Shown here: in pieces, positions 29,844 to 39,474 of the stretch | Position numbering within the stretch: position 1 is the first letter of the stretch | Layout of the letters: each line of letters begins with the position of its first letter | Source of the DNA: Nitrososphaerota archaeon | Lineage (GTDB): Archaea > Thermoproteota > Nitrososphaeria_A > Caldarchaeales > Calditenuaceae | DNA: 64,000 nucleotides | Assembly: GCA_038845265.1 (NCBI GenBank) | Contig: JAWBQR010000005.1 | Coordinates: 60,558 to 124,557 of the forward strand | Direction of reading: 5' to 3' | Notes under the pieces: generated by a model | What the model saw: only the letters and a program-made list of their open reading frames with translations | Database searches by the model: none | Told to the model about the DNA's origin: nothing | Program-made: the position numbers and the translations under genes

Positions 29844-29943
29844 TGGGGGCGGTGGGATTCGAACCCACGGTCTCCGGGTTACTTCTCTGGCCAGGACGTT
29901 CATCTGGAGCCCGGCGCCTTGGACCTTACTAGGCTACGCCCCC
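29844..29943 (-). tRNA. trnW: tRNA-Trp(CCA) with a 24-nt intron (29880-29903) at about position 37/38
   Basis: Acceptor stem GGGGGCG/CGCCCCC-A, D arm GCCT/AGGC, anticodon stem CCGGG/CCCGG with loop CU-CCA-G|A, T arm GTGGG-TTCGAAT-CCCAC; CCA end not encoded. Confidence 0.92.
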
Positions 29944-30016
29944 GACTCAGTATCAATGCTTACTCTTACAATATCAATTTTGAATGAGGGTTAAATTTAG
30001 CTCTAACGTAAAACAA

Positions 30017-30598
30017 TCATGCCTTATTAGGCTCATGCTGAATCTTAAGTCTTATTAATCCCTTTGAGACCTCGGAATCGATTATCTTTAACCTAAACTC
30101 CTCGAAGATGCCCCTAGCGAGTTCAAAGACGCATTGAGTCGATTCGATGGTTCCTCCAACGCCAAATGCATTAACCTCGTATACGCTCGGCCCTATATTC
30201 TTTATGTTTACAGTCTTCAGTGGATAAAACCTGAGCAGTTTATGTCCGAGCTCAAATAACTGCTCCGGCGTATCGGCGAGTATCTTTAGATATCTACCCA
30301 CTTCTCTCCCAAGTCTATAGAAACTACTCAGTAGGAACTCACGGTCTTTCTCGTATAGCCTCGAGAGTAAACTGTCCATGAATTCTGATGGTAGAAGGAT
30401 TGCGTCAAAATCCTTGAGAATTCGATACGTCTTCCAGAGGTCCTTTAGAAAGTCCAGTTCGACGCCTTCATTTATGACTTCTAGTCCGGCCTCGATTATC
30501 TCGTTGGTGAGAGCATAGACTGTCATGTTCTTCTTCTTTGCTAATTGGGAGAGCTCCTCCCCCAAGGTAGACTCGACAGCTAAAGACATTCTAGCCAT
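30017..30598 (-). CDS. Hypothetical protein with N-terminal ribbon-helix-helix-like segment
   Basis: RMSLAV..LGEELSQLAKKKNMTVYALTNEII resembles a CopG/RHH motif; C-terminal alpha/beta region unassigned. Confidence 0.6.
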   Translation of the reverse strand: MARMSLAVESTLGEELSQLAKKKNMTVYALTNEIIEAGLEVINEGVELDFLKDLWKTYRILKDFDAILLPSEFMDSLLSRLYEKDREFLLSSFYRLGREVGRYLKILADTPEQLFELGHKLLRFYPLKTVNIKNIGPSVYEVNAFGVGGTIESTQCVFELARGIFEEFRLKIIDSEVSKGLIRLKIQHEPNKA

Positions 30599-30745
30599 GA
30601 ATCATCTACAATAATACAAAATTATTGGGTAAGTAAATAACCTTGTGGATATCAGCATATCAATATACTTAAGAATGCTTAATTAGGGACTTGCTTACAT
30701 TTGGCCAACATAGCCTTAAATCGAGGCCCGCTAAATAATTCTTCT

Positions 30746-30869
30746 GGGTTGCCGGTCATAGGATAGGGGGAGACACCCGGTCTCATTCCGAACCCGGAAG
30801 TTAAGCCCCTATCCGCCTAGTGAGTAGTGGGGTGGGAGACCACCCGTGAAAGCTAGGTGCTGGCAACCC
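30746..30869 (+). rRNA. rrf: 5S rRNA (unlinked)
   Basis: Terminal helix GGGTTGCC/GGCAACCC; conserved ACACCCGGTCTCATTCCGAACCCGGAAGTTAAGC. Confidence 0.95.
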
Positions 30870-30937
30870 AATTAAACCTTCATTCTGAGATAATTCAGCA
30901 ATTTTTTATAGTCACTCGAAGATATGCTGCATAGTTA

Positions 30938-31633
30938 ATGATTCTCAAAATTAAGGTAGACATCGCAGTAGTCAGGCGGCGTTTAAATCGCTTCGTCGTT
31001 AAGGCCGACTATTTTGGCAAGTCTCTGAGACTATATCTTAGAAATACTGGTAGGCTTAGCGATCTACTCCAGCCGGGGTCTGCCGCCCTATTTATCCGTG
31101 ATAAAGGACCAAGGACGGATGGACTACTGGTCGGGATAGCGATTGATGATAAGCGAGCAGCCATTCTCGACACGGGACTCCAGACGGTTATCTTTGAAGA
31201 ATCATGGAGGAGAGGGCTGATTCCATGGCTAGAGGGGTGGAGAATTGCTAAGCGCGAATATAGGTATTATGACTCAAGGATTGACTACCTCATCGTGAAG
31301 GATGAGGCAAAAGGCCTACTGGAGGTTAAGTCTGCTGTCTATCACTTAGGTGATTATTACTGCATGTATCCAGACACCATATCAATTCGGGGACGGAGAC
31401 ACATAGAGAGGCTGATACAGGCTCGGCGCAGGAACTATCACGCTTTCCTAGTCTTCATCGCTGCCCATCCATCATGCAGATACTTCAGGCCGTGCCGTGA
31501 AGCCGATCCAGTCATTGGAGAAATACTAAGAAAAGCGAGGGATTCAGGAGTCAATATCTACTCTGTAAAGATGTACCTCACCATTGATGGTGAGGCTATT
31601 CTTGACTCATCATCGATTCCAGTTTTGATTTAG
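30938..31633 (+). CDS. sfsA: DNA/RNA nuclease SfsA
   Basis: RRLNRF, NTGRL, SRIDY..LEVKS, YPD..S.RGRRH. Confidence 0.92.
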   Translation: MILKIKVDIAVVRRRLNRFVVKADYFGKSLRLYLRNTGRLSDLLQPGSAALFIRDKGPRTDGLLVGIAIDDKRAAILDTGLQTVIFEESWRRGLIPWLEGWRIAKREYRYYDSRIDYLIVKDEAKGLLEVKSAVYHLGDYYCMYPDTISIRGRRHIERLIQARRRNYHAFLVFIAAHPSCRYFRPCREADPVIGEILRKARDSGVNIYSVKMYLTIDGEAILDSSSIPVLI

Positions 31634-32862
31634 TATTTTTCCTGTTTAAAGCCAACATACACTATCAATAGTCCTATAAGTGCCAGCGAGGCTATGAGTG
31701 GAAGGACGGATAGATATGTCCCAGTCGAGTCTCTTAGCCAACCTGAAATTACTGGCCCGAGGATTGCTCCCGCGCCGTCCGCTGTTATTACGATTCCATA
31801 GTTCTTTCCGTAGTTTTTTGTTCCGAAGAATACTTTAGTGGAGGTGGGAGCGATTGCCAGCCAACCACCTAGGTTTAGCCAGAGGACCGCGAATCCTAAG
31901 TAGAATACAATGAGGTTACCTGCGCTGAAGAAGTATAATAGAGATGAAGCAGACGCTATCATGCCGAATGAGATCATCGAAGCAGCCCTAGGCCTCAGCT
32001 TATCTGTGAGCCAGCCGAAGAGCGGTCTCCCCAACCCATTAAAAATCGCAAATAAAGAGACAGCCATCGATGATGCTGTCTGATCGATATGCATGATTTC
32101 TATTCCGAATGGCGCGGTGATGCCGATTGCGGTGAAGCCGGATAGGCAGCCGATTGCGTATGCCAGCCAGAGGGCATAGAAGAACCTTGTCCTAAGCATG
32201 CCTGATCTGTCAAGCTCTATCTGTGCTTCTCTATTCTGACTCCCAGAACTATCTGATTTGTGAGCGTATTGTTGGGGAAAACGTAGCAGAAATGAAAACG
32301 CTAAGAGAATCGGCAGGATTGCTATGCCTATGTAGAGGAACGTCCTGAGAGGACCTACAAGCTCTATCAAACTAGTAATTATCGGCGCAGTTATCAGGGG
32401 TGAAAGCCCAAAGCCGAGGACGGTCAATCCTATCGCTGTACCCGCTTTTTCTGGAAACCACTTCGCTGCTGTCGTTATCGGGACTGAGTAGACTGTTCCA
32501 GTTCCTGCGCCTCCTAATAATCCATACAGAACTGTCAGCACGTATATGTTGGTCGAGTAGCCTGAGAGTATCCATCCCGTAGCTACTAAAAGGCTCCCAA
32601 GGATCAGCGTTGATCTTGGCCCGAACCTTTCTAGGAAGCTGCCTGCAAGTGGCATAAAGAAGGCGAAGGCCGCTAGGAAGACCGTGTAGGGCAAACCACT
32701 CTCAGTTGAGGTGATTCCCCATAGTCTCTCTAGTGGCTTTCTAAATATGCTGTAGGAGTATATTGCGCCTAGGAATAGATTGATGATGAATCCGACGATG
32801 ACGATAATCCATCGGTAGTCGAGACGACCTGCTGACTTCTCAGATGATCCAAGCATGTTCAT
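31630..32862 (-). CDS. OFA-family MFS transporter (monocarboxylate/oxalate-formate-like), paralog B
   Basis: GAIYSYSIF, KWFPEK.G, FNGLGRP.FG..D, FFGTKNYGKNYG. Confidence 0.9.
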   Translation of the reverse strand: MNMLGSSEKSAGRLDYRWIIVIVGFIINLFLGAIYSYSIFRKPLERLWGITSTESGLPYTVFLAAFAFFMPLAGSFLERFGPRSTLILGSLLVATGWILSGYSTNIYVLTVLYGLLGGAGTGTVYSVPITTAAKWFPEKAGTAIGLTVLGFGLSPLITAPIITSLIELVGPLRTFLYIGIAILPILLAFSFLLRFPQQYAHKSDSSGSQNREAQIELDRSGMLRTRFFYALWLAYAIGCLSGFTAIGITAPFGIEIMHIDQTASSMAVSLFAIFNGLGRPLFGWLTDKLRPRAASMISFGMIASASSLLYFFSAGNLIVFYLGFAVLWLNLGGWLAIAPTSTKVFFGTKNYGKNYGIVITADGAGAILGPVISGWLRDSTGTYLSVLPLIASLALIGLLIVYVGFKQEKY

Positions 32863-32868
32863 GAGGTT

Positions 32869-34128
32869 TTATTTTTTAGGAGGCCTCAGCCCAGCGTATG
32901 CGATTATTAATCCAATGATTGCTAATATGCTGACTACTGGGAAGACGCTGAGATATGTGCCCGTGGTGTCTTTCAACCATCCTGAGGAGAGCATTCCAAG
33001 TATTGCGCCGACGCCGTATGAAGTAAAGACTACGCCGTAGTTCTTCCCATAATACTTTGTCCCGAAGAATATCTTAGTCGCGGCAGGTGCAATTGCCAGC
33101 CATCCACCAAGGTTCAGCCAGAGTATTGAGAAGCAGACAAAGTAGATGACTGGGTTTCCCTCTCCGAGCATGTAAAGAAGACCCGCAAATATAGCGACCA
33201 AGAAGAAAGATATTGCCGCGGTATTTCTTGGCTTCAGTCTATCTGTGAGCCAGCCGAAGAGCGGCCTTCCCATACCGTTGAATATTGCGAAGACTGAGAG
33301 AGCCATCGATGATGCTTCTCGGCTTATCTTGGCCACCTCGAGCCCAAAGGGAGCGGCGATCCCTATCGCCATCAGTCCAGAGAGGCAGCCTAACGTGTAG
33401 GCGGTCCAGAGAGCGTAGAAGGTCTTTGTCCTCAGCATTTCATGTCGGTCGAGCTGTCCTACTTCCCTTGCTGCACTCTGGACAACCGAAGTCGTCTTGA
33501 TCGAGGCTCCCCCGCTCGATGATGGAAACTTTAGGGGGATCGATAGTAGTAATAGGATGATTAGAAAGGTTGCGCCGAGGTATAGGAATGTCTGGAGAGG
33601 ACCTATTGATGATATTAATGCAGACATTATTGGCGCTGTTATTAGTGGTGAGAGCCCGAAGCCCAGTAGGGTCAGACCCATGGCGGTGCCCGCCCTTTCT
33701 GGAAACCATCTGGCAGCTATCGCTATTGGTGCTCCGTAGACGACACCTACCCCTGCACCGCCTATTACTCCGTAAAGAATGGTCAGGAGGTAGATATTGC
33801 TTGATAGACTTGCTAGGCACCAGCCAGCGCCGACGAGGAGGCTGCCGATCATCACGGTTATTCTAGGTCCGAACCTATCTAGGAATCCGCCGACAAGCGG
33901 CATCGTGAAGGCAAATAATGCCAGGAAGACCATGTATGGCAGTCCACTCTCAGTCGATGATAACTGCCACATTGCCTCGAGAGGCTTTCTGAAGACGCTG
34001 TAAGAGTATATCGAGCCCAGACAAACGTTTATTATGAATCCGATTACTATGAGAATCCACCGATACATAGAAGGGTTACTTTTAACATCGTTTTTACTGC
34101 TCATATCGACATCGTTTACAAAACGCAT
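32869..34128 (-). CDS. OFA-family MFS transporter, paralog A
   Basis: GSIYSYSVF, RWFPER.G, FNGMGRP.FG..D, FFGTKYYGKNYG. Confidence 0.9.
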   Translation of the reverse strand: MRFVNDVDMSSKNDVKSNPSMYRWILIVIGFIINVCLGSIYSYSVFRKPLEAMWQLSSTESGLPYMVFLALFAFTMPLVGGFLDRFGPRITVMIGSLLVGAGWCLASLSSNIYLLTILYGVIGGAGVGVVYGAPIAIAARWFPERAGTAMGLTLLGFGLSPLITAPIMSALISSIGPLQTFLYLGATFLIILLLLSIPLKFPSSSGGASIKTTSVVQSAAREVGQLDRHEMLRTKTFYALWTAYTLGCLSGLMAIGIAAPFGLEVAKISREASSMALSVFAIFNGMGRPLFGWLTDRLKPRNTAAISFFLVAIFAGLLYMLGEGNPVIYFVCFSILWLNLGGWLAIAPAATKIFFGTKYYGKNYGVVFTSYGVGAILGMLSSGWLKDTTGTYLSVFPVVSILAIIGLIIAYAGLRPPKK

Positions 34129-34181
34129 CGGAGCCTTATTTAAGGATATGTAACTCGTGCTTGATTCTATAATTATTGATG

Positions 34182-34583
34182 TTATTTCTCTGCCTCTTCC
34201 TGTTCGAGTCTCTGTCCCAGATATGAGTATACTCCTACTTTCAGGACCTTTAGGCTAAGGAGCGCGCACTTGAGTCTGACTGGGCTCAGCTCTATTCCAA
34301 GCATATCGAGGATGTCTTGTCTACTGAGGTCCTTGACGTCCTCTATCCTCATACCGATTAATTTCTCCGTAAGTTTTGATGCCGAGGCTTGGCTTATTGC
34401 GCATCCCTTTCCCTTGAACTTTACATCGCTTATCACTCCATCCTTTACCCTTATGAATAGTTCAACCACGTCTCCACATAGCGGGTTTGAGTCCTTCGCA
34501 TGGATATCCGGGTTCTCTATCTCGCCGTAGTTCCTCGGGTTTCTATAATGGTCAAGAATCTCGTCAAGCTCCGGAGACGACAT
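34182..34583 (-). CDS. IscU/SufU-family Fe-S assembly protein
   Basis: ILDHYRNPRN, NPLCGD, GCAISQASAS, RLKCALL. Confidence 0.92.
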   Translation of the reverse strand: MSSPELDEILDHYRNPRNYGEIENPDIHAKDSNPLCGDVVELFIRVKDGVISDVKFKGKGCAISQASASKLTEKLIGMRIEDVKDLSRQDILDMLGIELSPVRLKCALLSLKVLKVGVYSYLGQRLEQEEAEK

Positions 34584-34647
34584 CTAATAATTTTTGAGAC
34601 ATTCTATGTATTAACCGTTAATGACTTAGTCTGATTCAGCATCGGGT

Positions 34648-35439
34648 CTAACTTGTCTTCTTGGCAACTATGCGGCAATGTGGGTATCCGAGGTTGATGC
34701 ATTCAACCTCCTCAGCGGAGCAGTCTCTCTCCATCAAGTCCGTCGCTATTCCTGCAATTAGTCCCCGCGTCCAGTTACTTGACGGGATACGTCTAAGCTT
34801 GGCTTGTATCTGGCACTCAAGGCTATCTATCAGTACGGCCTCTATTCCTCCATCAATTCTAGATATGTTGAGTTCTCTTGCATATCCAAGCGAGCGGAGA
34901 AATCGCCCCGCGATGCGGAGCCACAAATCAACATCTGAGACGTTGAGGTATTCTCTATGACTTTTCGCGCCCTCTATTCCAACTAATTTTCCAGCATGGT
35001 ATAGGAAGGCTCCTGCCGAGTCGCCTAGGAGGTCGTATAGTCCTTGGAAGAAGCCAGTCAACGCGGCGTAACTTATGATTAATGCTCTCCTGCCCAATAC
35101 TCCTCTATAATCAAAGAACATATCGCTGATCAGCCCTAAAATATCTGATTTATGTAGCGTTATCTCTTTGAAGTTCTCAGACTGCCTAAGTTTCATGACT
35201 ATGTCTTCTATCTGCTCATCGCTAAGCTTAGAGATATCTACTATGAGAGATAGGTACGCCTCGTTGAAATTTTCTGGGTTACGAGACATATCAACTGCGA
35301 TGACCTCTACTCCTATGCCCCGCATAACCTCACAGAGCTCAGATATTCCACCAGTGGAATCAACTAGGACAGCTCCAAGATTAGCAAGCCTCCTACCAGG
35401 CAAATAATATAGAATAGAGAGGTCCCTAAAACGAGACAA
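34648..35439 (-). CDS. V4R-domain protein with N-terminal ACT-like domain
   Basis: LYHAGK..G, C-terminal EEVECINLGYPHC (V4R); N-terminal D..GGISEL resembles ACT. Confidence 0.75.
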   Translation of the reverse strand: MSRFRDLSILYYLPGRRLANLGAVLVDSTGGISELCEVMRGIGVEVIAVDMSRNPENFNEAYLSLIVDISKLSDEQIEDIVMKLRQSENFKEITLHKSDILGLISDMFFDYRGVLGRRALIISYAALTGFFQGLYDLLGDSAGAFLYHAGKLVGIEGAKSHREYLNVSDVDLWLRIAGRFLRSLGYARELNISRIDGGIEAVLIDSLECQIQAKLRRIPSSNWTRGLIAGIATDLMERDCSAEEVECINLGYPHCRIVAKKTS

Positions 35440-35516
35440 GCAATGTCAACCAATTTTAAACCGAGCCTATATTTAAATTTTAATGAAAAACTAAATATTT
35501 CAAGTAAAAATTAATT

Positions 35517-36740
35517 TTATTTCTTCAGCAGGTTGTTTACAATTTGTCTGAATTCTTCTTCTGTTACTGGTCCTTTTTTCTGTATTGAGAGATTCTTCAC
35601 CTGCATCAGGATGTTGTTTATCTGTTCCTCCGTTGCCTGTATGCCGAGAGCTCTGAGTTTATCGGCTATCGAGTGTCCTCCGCTCTTCTTGCCCAGTATT
35701 ATCTTGAACTCGTTGCCTACAAGCTCGGGAAGATATGGGAGCGCTCCCTGAAGATATCCCTCGTCTCTGAATCTCACCGAGAACATCACGGCTATCCCGG
35801 CCTCATATGCAAATGATTGATCACCAACGACCGGCTTGATGGGCGGCATCTTTACTCCAGATGCCTCCTCTACATACTTTGATAGCTTACGCAGATTCTC
35901 AAGCCTAAGACCAATATCCATGTTGAGTAGAACCCTCAAAATCACTGCTACCTCCTCAAGAGCTGCTCCTCCTGAGCGCTCTCCTATCCCATTGACATTT
36001 GTATGTATAACTTCTGCGCCGGCAGTTACAGCCGAGACAGAGTTCGCAACTGCGAGGTTCATATCGTTGTGGCAGTGAACCTCGATCGGGACATTAACCC
36101 AAGACTTTACCTGTCGTATTAAATGTGCAAAGCCCCATGGAGCAGTAACTCCAAACGTATCAACTATGGCGATACCATCAACCTTGGCCTCATTCACAAC
36201 CTTTGTTATGAGCGCCTTTAAGTATTCTGGATTTGCGCGCGTGCTATCAACGCAGAAGAAAGTGGTGTGTAGCCCATGCGCCTTGGCGTACTGAGCCGCA
36301 TCTACAGCCATCTCCAGCACCCTCTTCTCGTCCCATCTGTATCCACGCTCGATCAGTGTTTTTGAGGAGGGGAGCTCAATCAATACTCCCCAGACATCTG
36401 CCCTCAGTGAAGTATCTATGTCGTCCCTCCTAGCCCTGCAGAACGCCTTTATCTTTGCTTTTAGGCCTAAGTTAGCGATCTGCTTGACCGCCTTGAAGTC
36501 ATCCTCTGAAACTACAGGCATACCTGCCTCGATTCTATGGACTCCAACCTCGTCGAGGAGCTGCGCAATCCTGACCTTCTCCTCAGACCTAAAAACTACT
36601 CCCGGACACTGCTCGCCATCCCTAAGCGTGACATCATATATCTCGACCCTCTTCGGTAAATTCATACTCGAGAGGACTTCAGGAGCAAAGTTAAAAGGAC
36701 TGACAAACCACTTCTCGCCAATCCAGGGTGTAGAGCTCAT
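35517..36740 (-). CDS. DRE-TIM acetyl-CoA condensing enzyme (homocitrate/isopropylmalate/citramalate synthase family)
   Basis: DVTLRDGEQ, IEAG, HCHND, GIGERSG, LGKKSG; no LeuA C-terminal regulatory domain. Confidence 0.85.
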   Translation of the reverse strand: MSSTPWIGEKWFVSPFNFAPEVLSSMNLPKRVEIYDVTLRDGEQCPGVVFRSEEKVRIAQLLDEVGVHRIEAGMPVVSEDDFKAVKQIANLGLKAKIKAFCRARRDDIDTSLRADVWGVLIELPSSKTLIERGYRWDEKRVLEMAVDAAQYAKAHGLHTTFFCVDSTRANPEYLKALITKVVNEAKVDGIAIVDTFGVTAPWGFAHLIRQVKSWVNVPIEVHCHNDMNLAVANSVSAVTAGAEVIHTNVNGIGERSGGAALEEVAVILRVLLNMDIGLRLENLRKLSKYVEEASGVKMPPIKPVVGDQSFAYEAGIAVMFSVRFRDEGYLQGALPYLPELVGNEFKIILGKKSGGHSIADKLRALGIQATEEQINNILMQVKNLSIQKKGPVTEEEFRQIVNNLLKK

Positions 36741-36794
36741 CGTCGTTATTGTGCCAGTCCTTTATTTAACTATTAATAAAAGAATCACATTCAA

Positions 36795-38948
36795 GTGTTG
36801 ATCATGAGAGCAACTGAAGAAGATTCTGGGAAAAGCCTGAGTCAGCTGGAGCTCTTCTTCAGGCCCAGCTCTGTCGCAGTCATCGGCGTCTCAACGATGA
36901 GGGGAAAGATAGGGCATGAGATTCTAAGAAGCATAGTCGATGGCGGGTATCAGGGAAAGATATATCCAGTCACGATATCTGCCAAGGAGATTCTTGGGCT
37001 GAAGTGCTACGAGTCAGTCTTACAGATACCTGAGCCAGTCGACCTCGCTGTCTATGCCCTACCATCAAACCTCGCTCCCAAGATAATCGAGGAGTGTGGA
37101 CAGAAGGGCGTGAAGAACATCATAATCGTTTCAGGCGGGTTTAAGGAGGTGGGCGGCTCAAACGTAGACCTCGAGTCAGAGGTCGTCAAGATCGCGAGGA
37201 GATATGGCATGAGAATCATAGGTCCAAACTGTATAGGCGTCTTCGACGGTAAGAGCAGGTTTGACACATTCTTCCAGTCTCATGAAAGAATGGTCAGGCC
37301 GCCGCATGGACCGCTCTCCTTCATCACTCAGAGCGGAACCTATGGTGTTGCCTTTCTAGAAGAAGCAGCTGAGGACGGAGTAGGCGTAAGCAAGATGGTG
37401 AGTTTCGGAAACAAGGCAGACGTAGACGAGGCGGACCTAGTGAGATATCTAGGAGCAGACGAGGACACAAGGGTAATTGCGATCTATATGGAGGCAGTTG
37501 TCAATGGGAGGAGATTCATAGAGGCCGTGAGCGAGGTCGCTGCGAAAAAACCAATAGTCATACTGAAGTCTGGTAGGACAAGCCTTGGAGTTAAGGCTGC
37601 GAGGTCACATACAGGCTGGCTTGCAGGTTCATATCAGGTTGCGAGGTCCATCTTCAAGCAGGCAGGAATAGTAGTAGCGGAGGATTTCGAGGAGATGTAT
37701 GACTGCGCCAAGGCACTGGCCCTTCAGCCACTCCCTAGGGGTAGAAGAGTAGGAATGCTGACGAATGGTGCAGGCATGACTGTCTCGGCCTGCGATGCCG
37801 CTGAGCAGAGAGGAATATTCGTAGGCACATATAGCGAGGAGACGAAGAAAAAACTCGAAGAAGCTCTTCCAAAATTTGCCCTTGTCCGCGAAGTCGTCGA
37901 CTTGACTGGGAGCGCGACATCCAAGGAGTACAAAATAACGATGGAGAGCCTGCTTAGTGATGACGGCATAGACTTAGTGATGCCTTTCTTCGTCTTCCAG
38001 GACACTCCCCTCGATGAGGGAATAATCGATGTCTTGCCAGAAATGCAGCGATACGGAAAACCAATACTAGGAGTCTACTCGCGCGGCATATATGGAAGAG
38101 AGGTGGCGAGGAAGCTGCAGATGCGGGGCATTCCTTTCTACAGGTCGCCGGAGAGAGCGGTGGCGGTCGCCTCACACATGATGTGGCTCAGCGAGTACCG
38201 AGCAACACTCGATAAAAGAGCAATCATAAAGACCCCTGAACCAGCAACTAGGCCCGGAGAGACGCATAAATTAATCAGTTCTGCGCTCAGAGAAGGAAGG
38301 AATCTCCTACTCGAGCATGAGGGGAAAGAACTTCTACGAAGCTATGGAATCCCAGTGGCTGAGAGTAGTCTCTCCAAAAATGAGGAGGAAGCTGCAGAAC
38401 TCGCAGAAAGTATGGGTTATCCAGTAGTCTTGAAGATAGTTTCGCAAGACATCATTCATAAAAGTGACGTAGGAGGAGTAGTTGTGGGACTCAACGACAG
38501 AGAAGAAGTCAAGAAGGCCTACAGGACAATATTAGAGAACGTCAAGAAAAAAGCTCCAGGCTCCAGAATTTCAGGAATACTTGTCCAGAGAATGGCCCCC
38601 CAGGGATTAGAAGTAATCGTTGGAGGAATAAGGGATGAAGAATTCGGCCCTGTCGTGATGTTCGGGCTTGGAGGGATATTCGTAGAGCTGATGAGAGACG
38701 TCACGTTCCGCAAGGCAGCAATAACAAAGTTCGAGGCACTCGAGATGATAAGAGAGATTAGGGGATACCAAGTCCTCAGAGGATTCAGGGGGCAGCCACC
38801 AGTAAAGGAGGAAGCCATCGCGGAGATCTTAACAAAGCTCTCCCACTTATTACTTGAGCAACCCAAGATTAGAGAGATAGACCTCAACCCGGTCTTCGCC
38901 TACCCAGACTCAGCAATCGTAGCTGACGTAAGAATTCTCCTCGAATAA
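36795..38948 (+). CDS. ADP-forming acetate/acyl-CoA ligase, fused alpha-beta
   Basis: IIGPNC, QSG, GNKAD, catalytic SHTG, TNGAG; ATP-grasp GYPVVLK..HKSD.GGV, DLNP. Confidence 0.92.
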   Translation: MLIMRATEEDSGKSLSQLELFFRPSSVAVIGVSTMRGKIGHEILRSIVDGGYQGKIYPVTISAKEILGLKCYESVLQIPEPVDLAVYALPSNLAPKIIEECGQKGVKNIIIVSGGFKEVGGSNVDLESEVVKIARRYGMRIIGPNCIGVFDGKSRFDTFFQSHERMVRPPHGPLSFITQSGTYGVAFLEEAAEDGVGVSKMVSFGNKADVDEADLVRYLGADEDTRVIAIYMEAVVNGRRFIEAVSEVAAKKPIVILKSGRTSLGVKAARSHTGWLAGSYQVARSIFKQAGIVVAEDFEEMYDCAKALALQPLPRGRRVGMLTNGAGMTVSACDAAEQRGIFVGTYSEETKKKLEEALPKFALVREVVDLTGSATSKEYKITMESLLSDDGIDLVMPFFVFQDTPLDEGIIDVLPEMQRYGKPILGVYSRGIYGREVARKLQMRGIPFYRSPERAVAVASHMMWLSEYRATLDKRAIIKTPEPATRPGETHKLISSALREGRNLLLEHEGKELLRSYGIPVAESSLSKNEEEAAELAESMGYPVVLKIVSQDIIHKSDVGGVVVGLNDREEVKKAYRTILENVKKKAPGSRISGILVQRMAPQGLEVIVGGIRDEEFGPVVMFGLGGIFVELMRDVTFRKAAITKFEALEMIREIRGYQVLRGFRGQPPVKEEAIAEILTKLSHLLLEQPKIREIDLNPVFAYPDSAIVADVRILLE

Positions 38949-38951
38949 TCT

Positions 38952-39458
38952 ATGACGAACCTTAGAAGAATCATTTTGATGACGCTTTTCAGCGTACTGA
39001 TATTCATACCTAAATTACTACTACCGACACCGCTGGACAAGCTCTTATTCATAATTCAGGCCCTAGTATTGGGACTAGGCGCATTGTTGTTAGGGAAGTT
39101 AGGCGCGACTTACACATCTTTTATCGGAGGATTACTTACAACCATTTTGAGGCCGACATTCTTTCCACTCTCGCTCCTATTCGCTGTCCTTTATGGCGTG
39201 CTAATAGATGTTTTCTTCAATGTTCTTAGGGTCAAGACATCCTCAACCCTCAGAAATAGCAGAGTAATAATTTCAACGACGCTAAGCACTATGCTGACTG
39301 GATTAATAACATACTATATCACGGCTCATTCACTTGGACTCTTACCTAGGAATATTCTTATTGAAGCTGCCATACTTGTAGTTGGCACGTTATCCGGCGC
39401 CATAGGCGGCTGGCTTATAACGTACTTGTGGAGAAAAGGAATACATAACTATGTGTGA
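38952..39458 (+). CDS. Membrane protein, ECF S-component-like
   Basis: About 170 aa, 5-6 TM segments, GATY..IGGLL pattern. Confidence 0.55.
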   Translation: MTNLRRIILMTLFSVLIFIPKLLLPTPLDKLLFIIQALVLGLGALLLGKLGATYTSFIGGLLTTILRPTFFPLSLLFAVLYGVLIDVFFNVLRVKTSSTLRNSRVIISTTLSTMLTGLITYYITAHSLGLLPRNILIEAAILVVGTLSGAIGGWLITYLWRKGIHNYV

Positions 39459-39474
39459 CTATTGGGCTGAGATA

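Noticed and set aside
29880-29903. tRNA-Trp intron as an embedded box C/D guide, as in Euryarchaeota
   Set aside because: Only 24 nt long; GATGAA and CAGA are partial box matches with no room for two guides
29844-30900. Integrated element at the tRNA-Trp gene
   Set aside because: No integrase, and I saw no duplicated tRNA 3' end (att site); flanking genes are housekeeping
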